Origin: a virus
IMG/VR virus record: IMGVR_UViG_3300020446_001892
Location: 19,698-83,697 of that record
Reading direction: 5' to 3' (one strand)
Length of the DNA stretch: 64,000 bases
This document shows positions 48,190 to 57,934 of this stretch, piece by piece (the stretch's first letter is position 1; every line of letters starts with the position of its first letter). The translations under genes were made by a program, and so were the position numbers. The notes under the pieces are model-generated. The model was not told the DNA's origin, did not search any database, and saw only the letters and a list, made by a program, of their open reading frames with translations.

Positions 48190-48882
48190 TTATGCAAGTT
48201 TAGGAAACAACATATCTGTGCAGAAACGATCTACATCTTCTTCTGGTAGGCCTAGACTTTTCATTACATTGGCCGTATGTGGATTTTGTTGCTGGTTTTC
48301 ACAGTAATAGTTTTGACAGGCCGCTACAAGATCAGGAGCACCTTCGCCTTTTGTTTCGCCTACCTCTTCAAAATAAGCATGTAAATTGCTTAATGCTATT
48401 TGAATTATTTCTGTCGCTTCTTCATCTGTTTTTACATTACCAGCGGCAAGCATTTTACCTGTGAAAATATTTCTAGCCCATTCTGGTAGTTCACGTTGCT
48501 TCTCAGGCACAAAGTGTTCTACACTTTCAAAGTAACCTTGTATCATAGGATGATCTGGGTCAGCACTAGGTGAAAAATCATGGAAAGCTCCAGTCATTTT
48601 ATTCTTACCTGCTATTACATCAAAGCCGTATATAGGTGCTGGATTGTCTAGTGTCGGAAAAATGCATACATGCATCATCCAAAGACCTTTTGTTGTTCTT
48701 GCATCAACTACGTCGATATGGGCACGGCGTACATAATCATTAGCCCAAACACGATTAATCCAACCATTGTCTGGACGATTGAAATAGTCCAACCCATCTT
48801 CTTGTATTTCTGTCGCTTGTTCATCAAAAATTTTAATTATATCATCTTTGCAATCAATCAACTTGTTCCAAATAATGCTCAA
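48190..48882 (-). CDS. pcyX: Ferredoxin-dependent bilin reductase, PcyX type
   Basis: RRAHID, WMMH, PIYGFDVIAG, DFSP, QNYYC..Q..NPH; Asp57/His71/Asp88; follows a heme oxygenase. Confidence 0.82.
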   Translation of the reverse strand: MSIIWNKLIDCKDDIIKIFDEQATEIQEDGLDYFNRPDNGWINRVWANDYVRRAHIDVVDARTTKGLWMMHVCIFPTLDNPAPIYGFDVIAGKNKMTGAFHDFSPSADPDHPMIQGYFESVEHFVPEKQRELPEWARNIFTGKMLAAGNVKTDEEATEIIQIALSNLHAYFEEVGETKGEGAPDLVAACQNYYCENQQQNPHTANVMKSLGLPEEDVDRFCTDMLFPKLA

Positions 48883-49420
48883 TATTTAACTCCATTAATT
48901 CTTTAAATAAATTCGTAGATGCAGTAAAACAATATTTGGCTTCTTCTGCCATTGCATCATTTGTTTTTGCACGGATTGCTTCTTTTAATTTTTTCTTGTC
49001 TGCATCAAATTGATACATTCTACCTTCACCAGGTACTTTACGTGCAATCATTTGTCCGCCACTTAAATCGCCCATATGTAAGGTATAGATATGTGCCATT
49101 ATTGCATCCTTATCAGCAATAATTTCTTTCATATGTTTAATGTAATGTTGTGTGCTGTTTGTAACTATAGGTGGACTATCTGATTTCCACAATTCTAAAA
49201 AATCTTGTTCTATTTTTAGTTTTCTTCTTATATCAGGTAAATCATCAAGTAACCCTAGTGCTCCTGCAATAGCTTCAAGTAAATCGTATTTCTTGTGTTG
49301 ATTCCAAAGATAGGTTGCATATAATTCTGGATTAATTTTGCCACTTAACATTACTTTGACAAATGATTGTCTTTCTGCATCTTTATGATGCTCCCAGGTT
49401 AAATCTTTTAAATTACTCAT
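48854..49420 (-). CDS. hemO: Heme oxygenase
   Basis: LK..T...H..AE, HIY..HMGDLSGGQ, EA..CF. Confidence 0.9.
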   Translation of the reverse strand: MSNLKDLTWEHHKDAERQSFVKVMLSGKINPELYATYLWNQHKKYDLLEAIAGALGLLDDLPDIRRKLKIEQDFLELWKSDSPPIVTNSTQHYIKHMKEIIADKDAIMAHIYTLHMGDLSGGQMIARKVPGEGRMYQFDADKKKLKEAIRAKTNDAMAEEAKYCFTASTNLFKELMELNIEHYLEQVD

Positions 49421-49731
49421 TCTTGCTCCAAACGTAGTTGTAATGGAAAGCCGTTGTCTCTAGAAAGTGTAGTAGCTTCTAGAGCCTTTTGTTCGGCGAT
49501 TTCATATGTATATATTCCAACTACGGCAGAACCTTCCTCATGAATGGTTAACATTATTTTTTTAGCAGTTTCTTCTGTATGTTTAAAAATTAATGTAAGA
49601 ATAGAAATAACAAACTCCATAGGAGTTGTATCATCATTTAACATAATGACTTTATAATTTTTTGGAATTTCTAGCTTTTGAGATATTTTTTCATCAATTT
49701 TTACGTCTTCGACAAATTCAGTACTCATCAT
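49417..49731 (-). CDS. clpS: N-end-rule adaptor ClpS
   Basis: YKVIMLNDDTTPMEFV...IH..G.A.VG.Y..EIAE.K...FPL. Confidence 0.93.
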   Translation of the reverse strand: MMSTEFVEDVKIDEKISQKLEIPKNYKVIMLNDDTTPMEFVISILTLIFKHTEETAKKIMLTIHEEGSAVVGIYTYEIAEQKALEATTLSRDNGFPLQLRLEQE

Positions 49732-49778
49732 AATTACTCCTTAGGTTTGGGGGAGATATTTCACTCCCCCTAGACTGT

Positions 49779-50240
49779 TTACTTTTCTGATACAGTTCCT
49801 TCAATAGTTGAGCCTACGTTGATCTCAATCTTCTTAGGCTGTAACTCTTCTGGTACTTCACGTTTTAGATGTATGTTTAACATACCATTCTTTAGTTCAG
49901 CATTGTGAACGTCTACGTGTTCAGCAAGAGTAAATTCTCTACGGAAGCTTCGACCACCGATGCCTCTGTGTAGGTAATTTACATCATCGTCTCCCTTAGG
50001 AGCGGTACCTTCAATTTTAAGTGTATTCTTATCTTTCTCAATTGAAAGATTTTCCATACCAAAGCCAGCAACAGCTAACGAGATCATATACTCGTTTTCG
50101 TTGATTTGTGCAATGTTGTATGGTGGATACCCTTGACTCTTAGAATTTTCAAACAATCTGTCCATTTCGCTGAACATATTGTCAAATCCTACAAAGTGTC
50201 TATGTATTGAGGGTAAGTCTAGAGTTGTTAGTCTTGTCAT
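49779..50240 (-). CDS. Small heat-shock protein Hsp20/IbpA family
   Basis: GFD, YPPYNI, AVAGF, YLHRGI..RSF.R.F.L, NGML.I.L. Confidence 0.96.
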   Translation of the reverse strand: MTRLTTLDLPSIHRHFVGFDNMFSEMDRLFENSKSQGYPPYNIAQINENEYMISLAVAGFGMENLSIEKDKNTLKIEGTAPKGDDDVNYLHRGIGGRSFRREFTLAEHVDVHNAELKNGMLNIHLKREVPEELQPKKIEINVGSTIEGTVSEK

Positions 50241-50245
50241 TGTTT

Positions 50246-50318
50246 TCTCCTTTATTAAGCAAGATTAATTTTAGGATCCTTTCGGCATCCTAGTACAAAG
50301 TAACTCTTACTCTGTACA
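50246..50318 (-). promoter_or_regulatory. ROSE-like RNA thermometer in the hsp20 5' UTR
   Basis: Three hairpins; the last, UCUUGCUU-AAUA-AAGGAGA, pairs UUGCU with the SD leaving a bulged G. Confidence 0.65.
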
Positions 50319-50360
50319 CTTTTATTTATCATTAAAAAACTCCATAATGATAAAATCCGA

Positions 50361-51413
50361 TCAATTTTTATTAAATTGATTGAATACATTATTGACTTGG
50401 TTATTTACACGTACAAATGTGGTACATTTAGCCATATCCTTAAGCCTTTTTGCACCAATATAAGTACAAGCACTTCTAACGCCGCCTAAAATTTCAGTTA
50501 CAGTATCTTGGACAGGTCCTCTATATGGCAGAGTGACTACTTTACCTTCTGCACCACGATAACCGTCTTTTCTACGTCCGTGTCTAGCCATTGCTTCATC
50601 TGAACTCATACCATAGAATGTAACTTTTCCTTCGATTATTTCACCTTCAGACTCGTCATGTCCTGCTAACATTCCACCTAGCATAACAAAATGTGCTCCG
50701 GCACCAAATGCCTTTGCAACATCTCCTGGATACACACAACCACCATCTGCAATTACATGTCCGCCAATACCATTTGCGGCATCGGCACATTCTATGACAC
50801 CTGATAATTGTGGCACACCTACACCTGTCTGTAAACGTGTTGTACAGACTGATCCTGGACCAATACCAACTTTCACTATGTCTGCACCCCGAATGATTAA
50901 TTCTTCTGTCATTTCTGCTGTAACAACATTTCCTGCTATAATCGTTTTATCTGGATAAGTTTCTCTAAGCCTTTCGATGAAGTCTCCAAAATTTTCATGG
51001 TATGCATTTGCAACATCAACACAAATAAATTTAATGTCTGGATATGATTCCAATACTTGTACCATTGTGTTATAGTCCGCGGCTTCTTTATCCCAAATAT
51101 AACCTGTGCCTGTGCAAACACTTATATACTTCAATTTAATACCGTTGCCTACTGCTTCTTTCCAATCTTCTACAGTGTTATGCTTACCTATTACGGTTAG
51201 CATTTTATGATTTTGTAATTCTTTAGCCATTGAGAAAGTACCAACACCATCCATGTTACTTGCAAGAATAGGTATTCCGGTCCACTCTTGTCCACTGTTA
51301 TGGAATTTGAATGTTCTAAGTAAATCTACATCTCTGCGACTTTCTAGTTTACTTCTTTTAGGCTTGAACAATACATCACTGTAGTCTAACTTTATGTCAT
51401 TCTCAATTCTCAT
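50361..51413 (-). CDS. guaC: GMP reductase
   Basis: [40 protein letters not shown]. Confidence 0.93.
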   Translation of the reverse strand: MRIENDIKLDYSDVLFKPKRSKLESRRDVDLLRTFKFHNSGQEWTGIPILASNMDGVGTFSMAKELQNHKMLTVIGKHNTVEDWKEAVGNGIKLKYISVCTGTGYIWDKEAADYNTMVQVLESYPDIKFICVDVANAYHENFGDFIERLRETYPDKTIIAGNVVTAEMTEELIIRGADIVKVGIGPGSVCTTRLQTGVGVPQLSGVIECADAANGIGGHVIADGGCVYPGDVAKAFGAGAHFVMLGGMLAGHDESEGEIIEGKVTFYGMSSDEAMARHGRRKDGYRGAEGKVVTLPYRGPVQDTVTEILGGVRSACTYIGAKRLKDMAKCTTFVRVNNQVNNVFNQFNKN

Positions 51414-52000
51414 TATGCTTCTCCATAATTAAAAGATATGCTTATTCTATCTTTATTGCTGTTATTAAGTCCAACCTTGTGTTTTAACCAACCTGGAAAA
51501 ACAAATAGGCCGCCTGTCTTACTTGCATAATTACTCTGTTGGGCTGTGTAATATGTCACTTTTTCAATCATTGCAGGAGGTATATGATATTCTGCATTAT
51601 CGTTACGTTCAAATGTAATATTGCCTTGGTCTATGTTTGGGTCACTATCTACATAGTAAACACCGCTAAAGATTGCACCAATATGATGATGTAAATTATT
51701 AGATGAGCCTGGATAGTTTACGTTTATCCAAATATTATATAGCTTAGGCATCTTCAAACCAACCTGCCTGCTTATTTCTGCTATCTCTTTATCTAATGTT
51801 TGCACAAATCTATCTATTTCAATATTTTCTTTTGGTCTAAGATCCACACTTTGATAGCCTTTATTATTGCTTATAACTCTACCTTTGTCATCTTCTTTTA
51901 TTTTATCGTAAGCAAATTTCTTTAGTGCAACATTATCAACATTGTTAACAACACTACTCCAAATGACACTAGGGAACCATAACTCGTTGTGCATTGCCAT
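51413..52000 (-). CDS. 2OG-Fe(II) oxygenase-like protein (TIGR02466-like)
   Basis: WINVN, HHH, SGVYY, FPGWL.H.V, RISISFN. Confidence 0.82.
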   Translation of the reverse strand: MAMHNELWFPSVIWSSVVNNVDNVALKKFAYDKIKEDDKGRVISNNKGYQSVDLRPKENIEIDRFVQTLDKEIAEISRQVGLKMPKLYNIWINVNYPGSSNNLHHHIGAIFSGVYYVDSDPNIDQGNITFERNDNAEYHIPPAMIEKVTYYTAQQSNYASKTGGLFVFPGWLKHKVGLNNSNKDRISISFNYGEA

Positions 52001-52003
52001 TTT

Positions 52004-52267
52004 TTATTGTCCAAATTCAGCTTTTAATTTTTGTTGTTTTTTGAGCCACCTTGCTCTACCTGCCGCTTTAGCTTTTGCACGTTTTGTGCTAGGTTTAACA
52101 TATTCTTTTCTTTCTCTGACTTCTTGTATAATTCCTGCTTCTTGAACTTTTTTCTTAAACCTTCTTAGTGCGGCGTTGAAGTCACCGTTTCGCACTTCTA
52201 CTTTTAATCCAGGTTTACTCCAGTCTGGATTTTCATTATTATTTCTATATCTATTGTTTCTTCTCAA
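52004..52267 (-). CDS. rpsU: 30S ribosomal protein bS21
   Basis: VEVRNGDFNAALRRFKKKV...R.EYVKPS; TTG start with AGGAGG SD. Confidence 0.9.
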   Translation of the reverse strand: MRRNNRYRNNNENPDWSKPGLKVEVRNGDFNAALRRFKKKVQEAGIIQEVRERKEYVKPSTKRAKAKAAGRARWLKKQQKLKAEFGQ

Positions 52268-52643
52268 AATTACCTCCTGTTGTTATAAAGTCGAGATTAT
52301 AAACACGTTTATTACTAAGCATATTATAATACATATTCTCCCCTTTTGTCAACCAATAAGTTTGAGGTTTTGCAATAATATATGCTAAAATATCACCAAT
52401 TTGTGGTAAACTGTTATCAACATCTAAAATAATAGTATCTGCTATGTTGATAGTAGAAAGAAGCCATTTTGGATCATGTTCTTTTGCATTTGGTTCATAC
52501 AAGTATACATTGAAATATTCGTCTTTAGTAGCTATAATTGAATTGAATTGTTCTTTTGTTTCTTTACTTGGATAGATAAGTAAAAAATTATATGCTTCAC
52601 TAAAGATATGATCAGGTGGAGTAATTAATGTAATGTCGCTCAT
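52251..52643 (-). CDS. Hypothetical protein
   Basis: Intact ORF starting ITLITPPD. Confidence 0.55.
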   Translation of the reverse strand: MSDITLITPPDHIFSEAYNFLLIYPSKETKEQFNSIIATKDEYFNVYLYEPNAKEHDPKWLLSTINIADTIILDVDNSLPQIGDILAYIIAKPQTYWLTKGENMYYNMLSNKRVYNLDFITTGGNFEKKQ

Positions 52644-52647
52644 TTAA

Positions 52648-54756
52648 TCAATCATCTTTATTTTGAATTCTATTCCAAATAGAACTATTGTTTTGTTCTT
52701 CGTTTTGTATATAGCCCTCAGATGATTGTTTATTTTCCGTATTGGATTTAACATATGTTTCCCACGGTAACTTGCTTATTATTCCTTTTACATACATATT
52801 TTTATAATTTTTAATTTTATCATTAGGATGATCTTTTTTCCAAGACTGCTTTGCCTCTCTCCAACCAGGATCCTCATCCTGTTCAGCTAACTCTTGTTCT
52901 CTTAAAAGTTCATCTGATGATTTTTCCGAGACGTCCGACGATTCTACTTTTTTTTTTGAATCTACAGTTTTTGCTTCTTCTGATTCTAATGCTTCTTGAA
53001 CTGTTACAGGTTCGTCATCAACATTAATACTTTTTTCGTATTCGCTTATTTGAGGTGTAGGAATCTGTTCTGTAGTTTCCTCCACTGTCTCCCCTGATGG
53101 AATACTTGGCTCATCGATATCTTCCCTATTTCGTTCATCGTCTGCCACATTAATGTCTTGTAGATCATTTCGTTCTTCGTCCCCATCATCTTGTCTATCA
53201 TCTGTAGGTTCTGGAACTGCATCGTCAGTAGTTGGTGTATCATTATTAGGTCCTTCGTTAGCCATTATCATTGCCGCACGTTTTTGTTCGTATTCTCTCC
53301 AGCTTTCATCTTTAGGCTTCCTTATAAAATCAAATGTATATTGTGAAGCTATTAATAATAAAACTGCTAACGGGTCAAAAACAAATATAATTACAATAAT
53401 TACCCAACGAACTGCTTCCTCAAGTAAGTTTTTATCTGCCTTTTCACCGTAAACAAACTCGGCTATGTATTTAATTGGACCTACTTCTGCTTCAAGTTTT
53501 CTATATTCTGCTTCTAAAGAATATTTTTCTTCTGTCAACAAATCAATTTCGTTATTAGCATTTTTAATACGTAGGTTTTGTTCATCAACAGCCGCATCAA
53601 TTTCTTCAACTTTATCAGTCTGTGCAAGTTGTCCTCTAAGTCTTTCTATTAATTGTTGACTGTTTTTAACTTGATCTTCTGCACTCTTACGTAATCTTTG
53701 TATTTCATCTCTTGCCGTTTGTATGACTGGAGATTCTGTTTTACGCACATCATCTATTTTACCTAGCATTACCAGTTCGCGATCTTTTAATGCAGGAATT
53801 TGCTTTTCTCTTATATTTTTGACTACGCCTGCTAATCTTTCACGTTCTTTTGCTACAGTAGAAGAGGCATCCTTACGTAATTGGGAAACTTCGCCTTGAA
53901 TTTGTGATATACGTTCTTGTTGTGCCGCCACCCATTTTGCAAGAGCTTCTCTAGTATTGTTTCCAAACAATCCATCACTGGATACACCTATAATTGCTTG
54001 CCCTGCTCTAATTTGTGCTTTTTCTGTGCTTTGTAATTGATTGGTGACTCTAATTATTTCTTCTTCAATTTTTTTAATTTGTTGTAGTAATGGATCTACT
54101 GCACCTTGATTTGCTTTTAGGTTAGCAATTTTATCTTCATATTCTCTAGCAGTAGATTCTAAACGTGTAATTTCATTTTGAATGTTTGTAAGCTGATCTT
54201 CATAGGGCTTAGTTCTATTTGCATCACCTGCTCTTGCGTCTTCAATAATTTTATTCTGTTGATCTATTGCAGGCTGAATGCGTTCAAATGCTTTATCAAT
54301 ACGATCTTGTTCTTTATCAATTTGTGCCTGCAGGTTTGCATCTGCACCAGTACCACTAGACTCTAGTTGTTTAATTTTTTGTTCTGCTCTAACTATTATT
54401 CCATCTAGACGTCCCAGTTCTTTATTGATCTGTTCTACCTTAGCTACACTCTCTTCACTTGCACTTGTTTGTTCTATATGAGCTTTAGATAAGAATCCAA
54501 ATATTCCCATACTTGTAATGATCATTAGCACTACAACAGCAATACTTAAATATGTTTTTAGCCACCAGGTTGCCTTCTGCCAATATCTATGCAACCAGAC
54601 TGCGGTGACAAGTTTTGCAACTTCAAGTGTGCCACCCATTATCATAATTGGAACTGCGGCCGCGGCAAATATTGCCACTAAACCTGCAACTGAATAATAT
54701 ATAGCAACCGCACTAATTGTTAATGCGGTTATCATTGTTAATATAGCTAAGAACAT
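52648..54756 (-). CDS. Multi-TM coiled-coil protein with peptidoglycan-binding motif
   Basis: 3 N-terminal TM, long coiled coil containing DGLFGNNTREAL, TM with FDPLA, acidic tail. Confidence 0.7.
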   Translation of the reverse strand: MFLAILTMITALTISAVAIYYSVAGLVAIFAAAAVPIMIMGGTLEVAKLVTAVWLHRYWQKATWWLKTYLSIAVVVLMIITSMGIFGFLSKAHIEQTSASEESVAKVEQINKELGRLDGIIVRAEQKIKQLESSGTGADANLQAQIDKEQDRIDKAFERIQPAIDQQNKIIEDARAGDANRTKPYEDQLTNIQNEITRLESTAREYEDKIANLKANQGAVDPLLQQIKKIEEEIIRVTNQLQSTEKAQIRAGQAIIGVSSDGLFGNNTREALAKWVAAQQERISQIQGEVSQLRKDASSTVAKERERLAGVVKNIREKQIPALKDRELVMLGKIDDVRKTESPVIQTARDEIQRLRKSAEDQVKNSQQLIERLRGQLAQTDKVEEIDAAVDEQNLRIKNANNEIDLLTEEKYSLEAEYRKLEAEVGPIKYIAEFVYGEKADKNLLEEAVRWVIIVIIFVFDPLAVLLLIASQYTFDFIRKPKDESWREYEQKRAAMIMANEGPNNDTPTTDDAVPEPTDDRQDDGDEERNDLQDINVADDERNREDIDEPSIPSGETVEETTEQIPTPQISEYEKSINVDDEPVTVQEALESEEAKTVDSKKKVESSDVSEKSSDELLREQELAEQDEDPGWREAKQSWKKDHPNDKIKNYKNMYVKGIISKLPWETYVKSNTENKQSSEGYIQNEEQNNSSIWNRIQNKDD

Positions 54757-54800
54757 CGTGTAGTATTTACCCGGTTCTTGATACGAAGATATAGTATTGT

Positions 54801-55193
54801 TTATTGGAATCTCCATTTTTTGTATGTTGCACTATAACAAGCAGTTTCCTGCCAATGCTTTTGTTTGTTTTTGTACAACATTGTGTTAAAAAGATAATGA
54901 CATCCTGTAGCATCAATCTGTACAAGTTTGACTATCCCTGCACTAACTCCTGGTACATGCCACTTGCATTCTTCGCCTACTTGCATTTCTCTAAGAGCAA
55001 ACGAAACACATCGATGATATTCATTTTGTGCAATTTTCGGTACAGTATAATAAACTTTCTTAAAATGATTGACGCCTAAAGAATAGGCACTAGTATTTGG
55101 TTGATATTGTGTAGCAACACTAAAGTTTGTAGACTGCGAAGTTCCACAGCCTACAAGTAAACTAGTTAAAGCTAGGATAAGCAAATGCTTCAT
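54801..55193 (-). CDS. Lipoprotein (17-kDa surface antigen-like)
   Basis: Lipobox LVGC; W...G...C...TAC..W. Confidence 0.65.
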   Translation of the reverse strand: MKHLLILALTSLLVGCGTSQSTNFSVATQYQPNTSAYSLGVNHFKKVYYTVPKIAQNEYHRCVSFALREMQVGEECKWHVPGVSAGIVKLVQIDATGCHYLFNTMLYKNKQKHWQETACYSATYKKWRFQ

Positions 55194-55521
55194 TTACTGG
55201 CCTCCAAATAGTATTGCCTCGTGTGTCTGTAAATTTACAAAGTAATGTTTGTCCCATTTTTGGATCACTGCGATTAGAATTAATTGGTCGGCTTAATCTG
55301 CAATCGCTTGCTACACCTGAATCTTTAACCACATGTTCTAGCCTAGGTTTATCTGTACACTCTGTCAAACCTTCAGAACTAACATTATCGCCCTTTGTAT
55401 AAATTTTTGTAGTTTGATAACAATATTGGTCGTCAGTATTATAGACATATTGGGGCTTGCTAGAGCAAGCCGCCAAACTAGTTATTGCTAATACGAGACT
55501 GATTAGACGCAACGTGTGCAT
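55162..55521 (-). CDS. Lipoprotein
   Basis: Lipobox LAAC; AGGAGG SD. Confidence 0.65.
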   Translation of the reverse strand: MHTLRLISLVLAITSLAACSSKPQYVYNTDDQYCYQTTKIYTKGDNVSSEGLTECTDKPRLEHVVKDSGVASDCRLSRPINSNRSDPKMGQTLLCKFTDTRGNTIWRPVNEAFAYPSFN

Positions 55522-55993
55522 TCTTTGCCTCCTGCAATAGCATGTCAAAAACTTCCTTGTTCATTTTTAGTTTTACGAACGTGTAGTATTCACCTTGATA
55601 CTTGAACTTCATACGTTCGTGTGCGATATGCTCTCTAATTGCCACATTATCAACTTTATAACTAATTATTGATCGTGTAGTTCTATTGTTATCTACAATA
55701 TCAATTGTTGTCTCAGAATTAATTACACCGTTAATACGTTTTGCAAATTGATTCATTGCTATAGCATACATCTGTTCTTCAGCACCTTGGAAAAATTTGC
55801 TTTGTCCGCCTCCACAAGCAAAAGCATATTCTTCTTTCCACCAAAAGAATCCTTCTGTACCGCTTTCAGCACAATTAGCATACCATTTAGGTTCTGCATA
55901 ATTTTCTCGTTCAGCAACTTCGGTCATTGTCGAACATGCACCAAGCATGCCAAGAATACCAATCATTGCCGCAGTTTTAAATAAGCCTTTCAT
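55478..55993 (-). CDS. Lipoprotein (LPP20-like)
   Basis: Lipobox LGAC; PKWY. Confidence 0.65.
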   Translation of the reverse strand: MKGLFKTAAMIGILGMLGACSTMTEVAERENYAEPKWYANCAESGTEGFFWWKEEYAFACGGGQSKFFQGAEEQMYAIAMNQFAKRINGVINSETTIDIVDNNRTTRSIISYKVDNVAIREHIAHERMKFKYQGEYYTFVKLKMNKEVFDMLLQEAKNAHVASNQSRISNN

Positions 55994-56070
55994 TCTAGCC
56001 TCCATAGCCTTAGGTTCATATTATCTTTATATTACTATACTTTTGTTGGGAAGTCAAGTATTTTGGTAAA

Positions 56071-56652
56071 TTACTTAGACCATCTATAAAAGATGTGTGT
56101 GCCTATCCTACCTACAAGTGTTAATTCCCTTGCCCATTTAGGACTTACATAGGTTGCATGGTAGTGTGTTGCACCTTCGGTAATACCGCGAAACTTTTTC
56201 TCGTGTGCAATTCTATAAGCAATTTCTTGTGCTAATCTCCAAGCATCATTATCTCTTGTAGAATCTTTTTTACCATCACAATACCAACTAAATTGACATT
56301 TATGTCTAACAGGGTAGTATTGTCTTTCTTCGTCTGTAAGATTAGGATCTTTACGTGTCTTCCAGCTTTCACGAACTGGTCCTTGAAGAACGACTTCGCA
56401 TATCGTATTAGGATATCTTGTATCAAACATTCTATTAATTACCACATCAGCAACTGCATACTGTCCTGCAATTGGTTCGCTTTTTGCTTCATGATAAATG
56501 TTCATAGCAAGACAATATAATTCTGGTTGGTTGTCTTCGTTGTAAAGTTCACCTGGTATTGGATCTTGGAATGTTGAAGCGGATGCCCAGGCAGTAGTGG
56601 ATATTGTAACTGCAAAGATCCATAAGATTAATGTTCTCATTGGAAACCTCAT
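56071..56652 (-). CDS. Cell wall hydrolase (SleB/Hydrolase_2)
   Basis: CLAMNIYHEA..E...GQ.AVA.V..NR, PNTICEVV, CQFSW, GATHYHA.YV.P.W, IG.H.FY. Confidence 0.92.
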   Translation of the reverse strand: MRFPMRTLILWIFAVTISTTAWASASTFQDPIPGELYNEDNQPELYCLAMNIYHEAKSEPIAGQYAVADVVINRMFDTRYPNTICEVVLQGPVRESWKTRKDPNLTDEERQYYPVRHKCQFSWYCDGKKDSTRDNDAWRLAQEIAYRIAHEKKFRGITEGATHYHATYVSPKWARELTLVGRIGTHIFYRWSK

Positions 56653-56693
56653 AATATATTTAAGTTAAAGTGTTAATCATTTTTATGCGTAGA

Positions 56694-57074
56694 TTAGTTT
56701 CTACGCATTCTTGCAATTTCTTTTGCGTCCTCACTGTCGAAGACAGGAACTAAATTGCTCTTATGCATTATCGCGACGCCCAATAATCTTCTTTCGCCTG
56801 AGTATACTTGTCTCTCGGCTGGGGCTGTTGATCCTCCAGGAATAACATCACTAGTAGGGATAGTATTACGGTTACTGCTATAATCAGGGATACTACGAAT
56901 AGGAACGTTAGCATTTTTCTCCTTGTTAGCGGCTATCTGCTCTGGGTGAGCATTCATCTTGCGTAACCACTTATCGTGCTTGGCATTCGCCTCTAATTGT
57001 TTTTTACTCTTGTTCTTAGTTTTTCTTTTTTTAAAGTTAAGTGTGGTCATACCACGTACTAAATGCATTGTCAT
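56694..57074 (-). CDS. Hypothetical phage protein
   Basis: Own sigma70 promoter; MHKSNLVPVF. Confidence 0.6.
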   Translation of the reverse strand: MTMHLVRGMTTLNFKKRKTKNKSKKQLEANAKHDKWLRKMNAHPEQIAANKEKNANVPIRSIPDYSSNRNTIPTSDVIPGGSTAPAERQVYSGERRLLGVAIMHKSNLVPVFDSEDAKEIARMRRN

Positions 57075-57149
57075 GTTGTGCCTGCCTTTCGCCTATTACA
57101 TGTATAATATACTATAGACAGGCACAAAAGTCAACCTGTTTTGGTAAAA

Positions 57150-57413
57150 TTATGCAAATGCTCTTCTTTTCATAATTTTATATGTAGCAACTGGTCTTCC
57201 AGGTGCATCGTTAGATGTTGAATCTACAACTCTTACGTCAAATCCTGCTTCTCTTAACTCTGTAAGTCTAGCACCTGGTGACATAATTTCTAAGTCATCA
57301 GTCAAATCTTCTGTAGTAAACGATTTGCCGTTACCCCAGTAGTTTTGTAGGATTAGTTGGTTTTGTGTTCCTGCCTTGAAGAACTTTGTACCTTTAAGTT
57401 TAGTTGTCATCAT
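57150..57413 (-). CDS. Winged-HTH protein
   Basis: SPGARLTELREAGFDV; AAGGAG SD. Confidence 0.6.
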   Translation of the reverse strand: MMTTKLKGTKFFKAGTQNQLILQNYWGNGKSFTTEDLTDDLEIMSPGARLTELREAGFDVRVVDSTSNDAPGRPVATYKIMKRRAFA

Positions 57414-57495
57414 GTTACTCCTTATTATTGTTATTATTTTCGTTAACATAAACAATAATATACAATAATTAAACGCAAAAGTCAACTATTATTTT

Positions 57496-57933
57496 CTATT
57501 TTGGTAAAACTACTACTCCTTCTCGTAGTAATTTCTCGCGATTTGCCATATGTTTCATCTGGATTTCTTCTTTTGAACCACCAAAATATGCTACTGCATG
57601 GCCGGATTCTATCATATTGTCTGTTAGACGCTTATCATCTATAAGGAAATCTCCTAATATACGTCCAAACTTCCCTTTTTTATCCTCACCACTCTTATCA
57701 ATTTCAGTTTTCAATACTTGCATACTACCGACTGGCATAGCATCTTTAACATATTGTTTAGCGGCTAATCCAAACAATTTTTCAGTTTTATCTCTAGTTC
57801 TTGATTCCGGTGTGTCTATGCCCATCATTCGAACACGTTCTTTCTTTAACCAAACGCCAAATCCGAGATCTATATCTACATCCACAGTATCACCGTCAAC
57901 TACTCTTAATATTTTACATTTATATTCATACAT
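57496..57933 (-). CDS. Thermonuclease (SNase-like)
   Basis: RVVDGDT, RVR..GIDTPE, KFGR.LG. Confidence 0.9.
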   Translation of the reverse strand: MYEYKCKILRVVDGDTVDVDIDLGFGVWLKKERVRMMGIDTPESRTRDKTEKLFGLAAKQYVKDAMPVGSMQVLKTEIDKSGEDKKGKFGRILGDFLIDDKRLTDNMIESGHAVAYFGGSKEEIQMKHMANREKLLREGVVVLPK

Positions 57934-57934
57934 T

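Noticed and set aside
48190-49420. Cyanophage ho1-pcyA/pebS assignment
   Set aside because: Asp in place of the PcyA Glu, an alphaproteobacterial-type tmRNA and the absence of photosynthesis genes favour hemO-pcyX.
49749-49770. GC hairpin after hsp20 as a terminator
   Set aside because: No U tract on the coding strand; more likely an mRNA-stabilising or processing hairpin.
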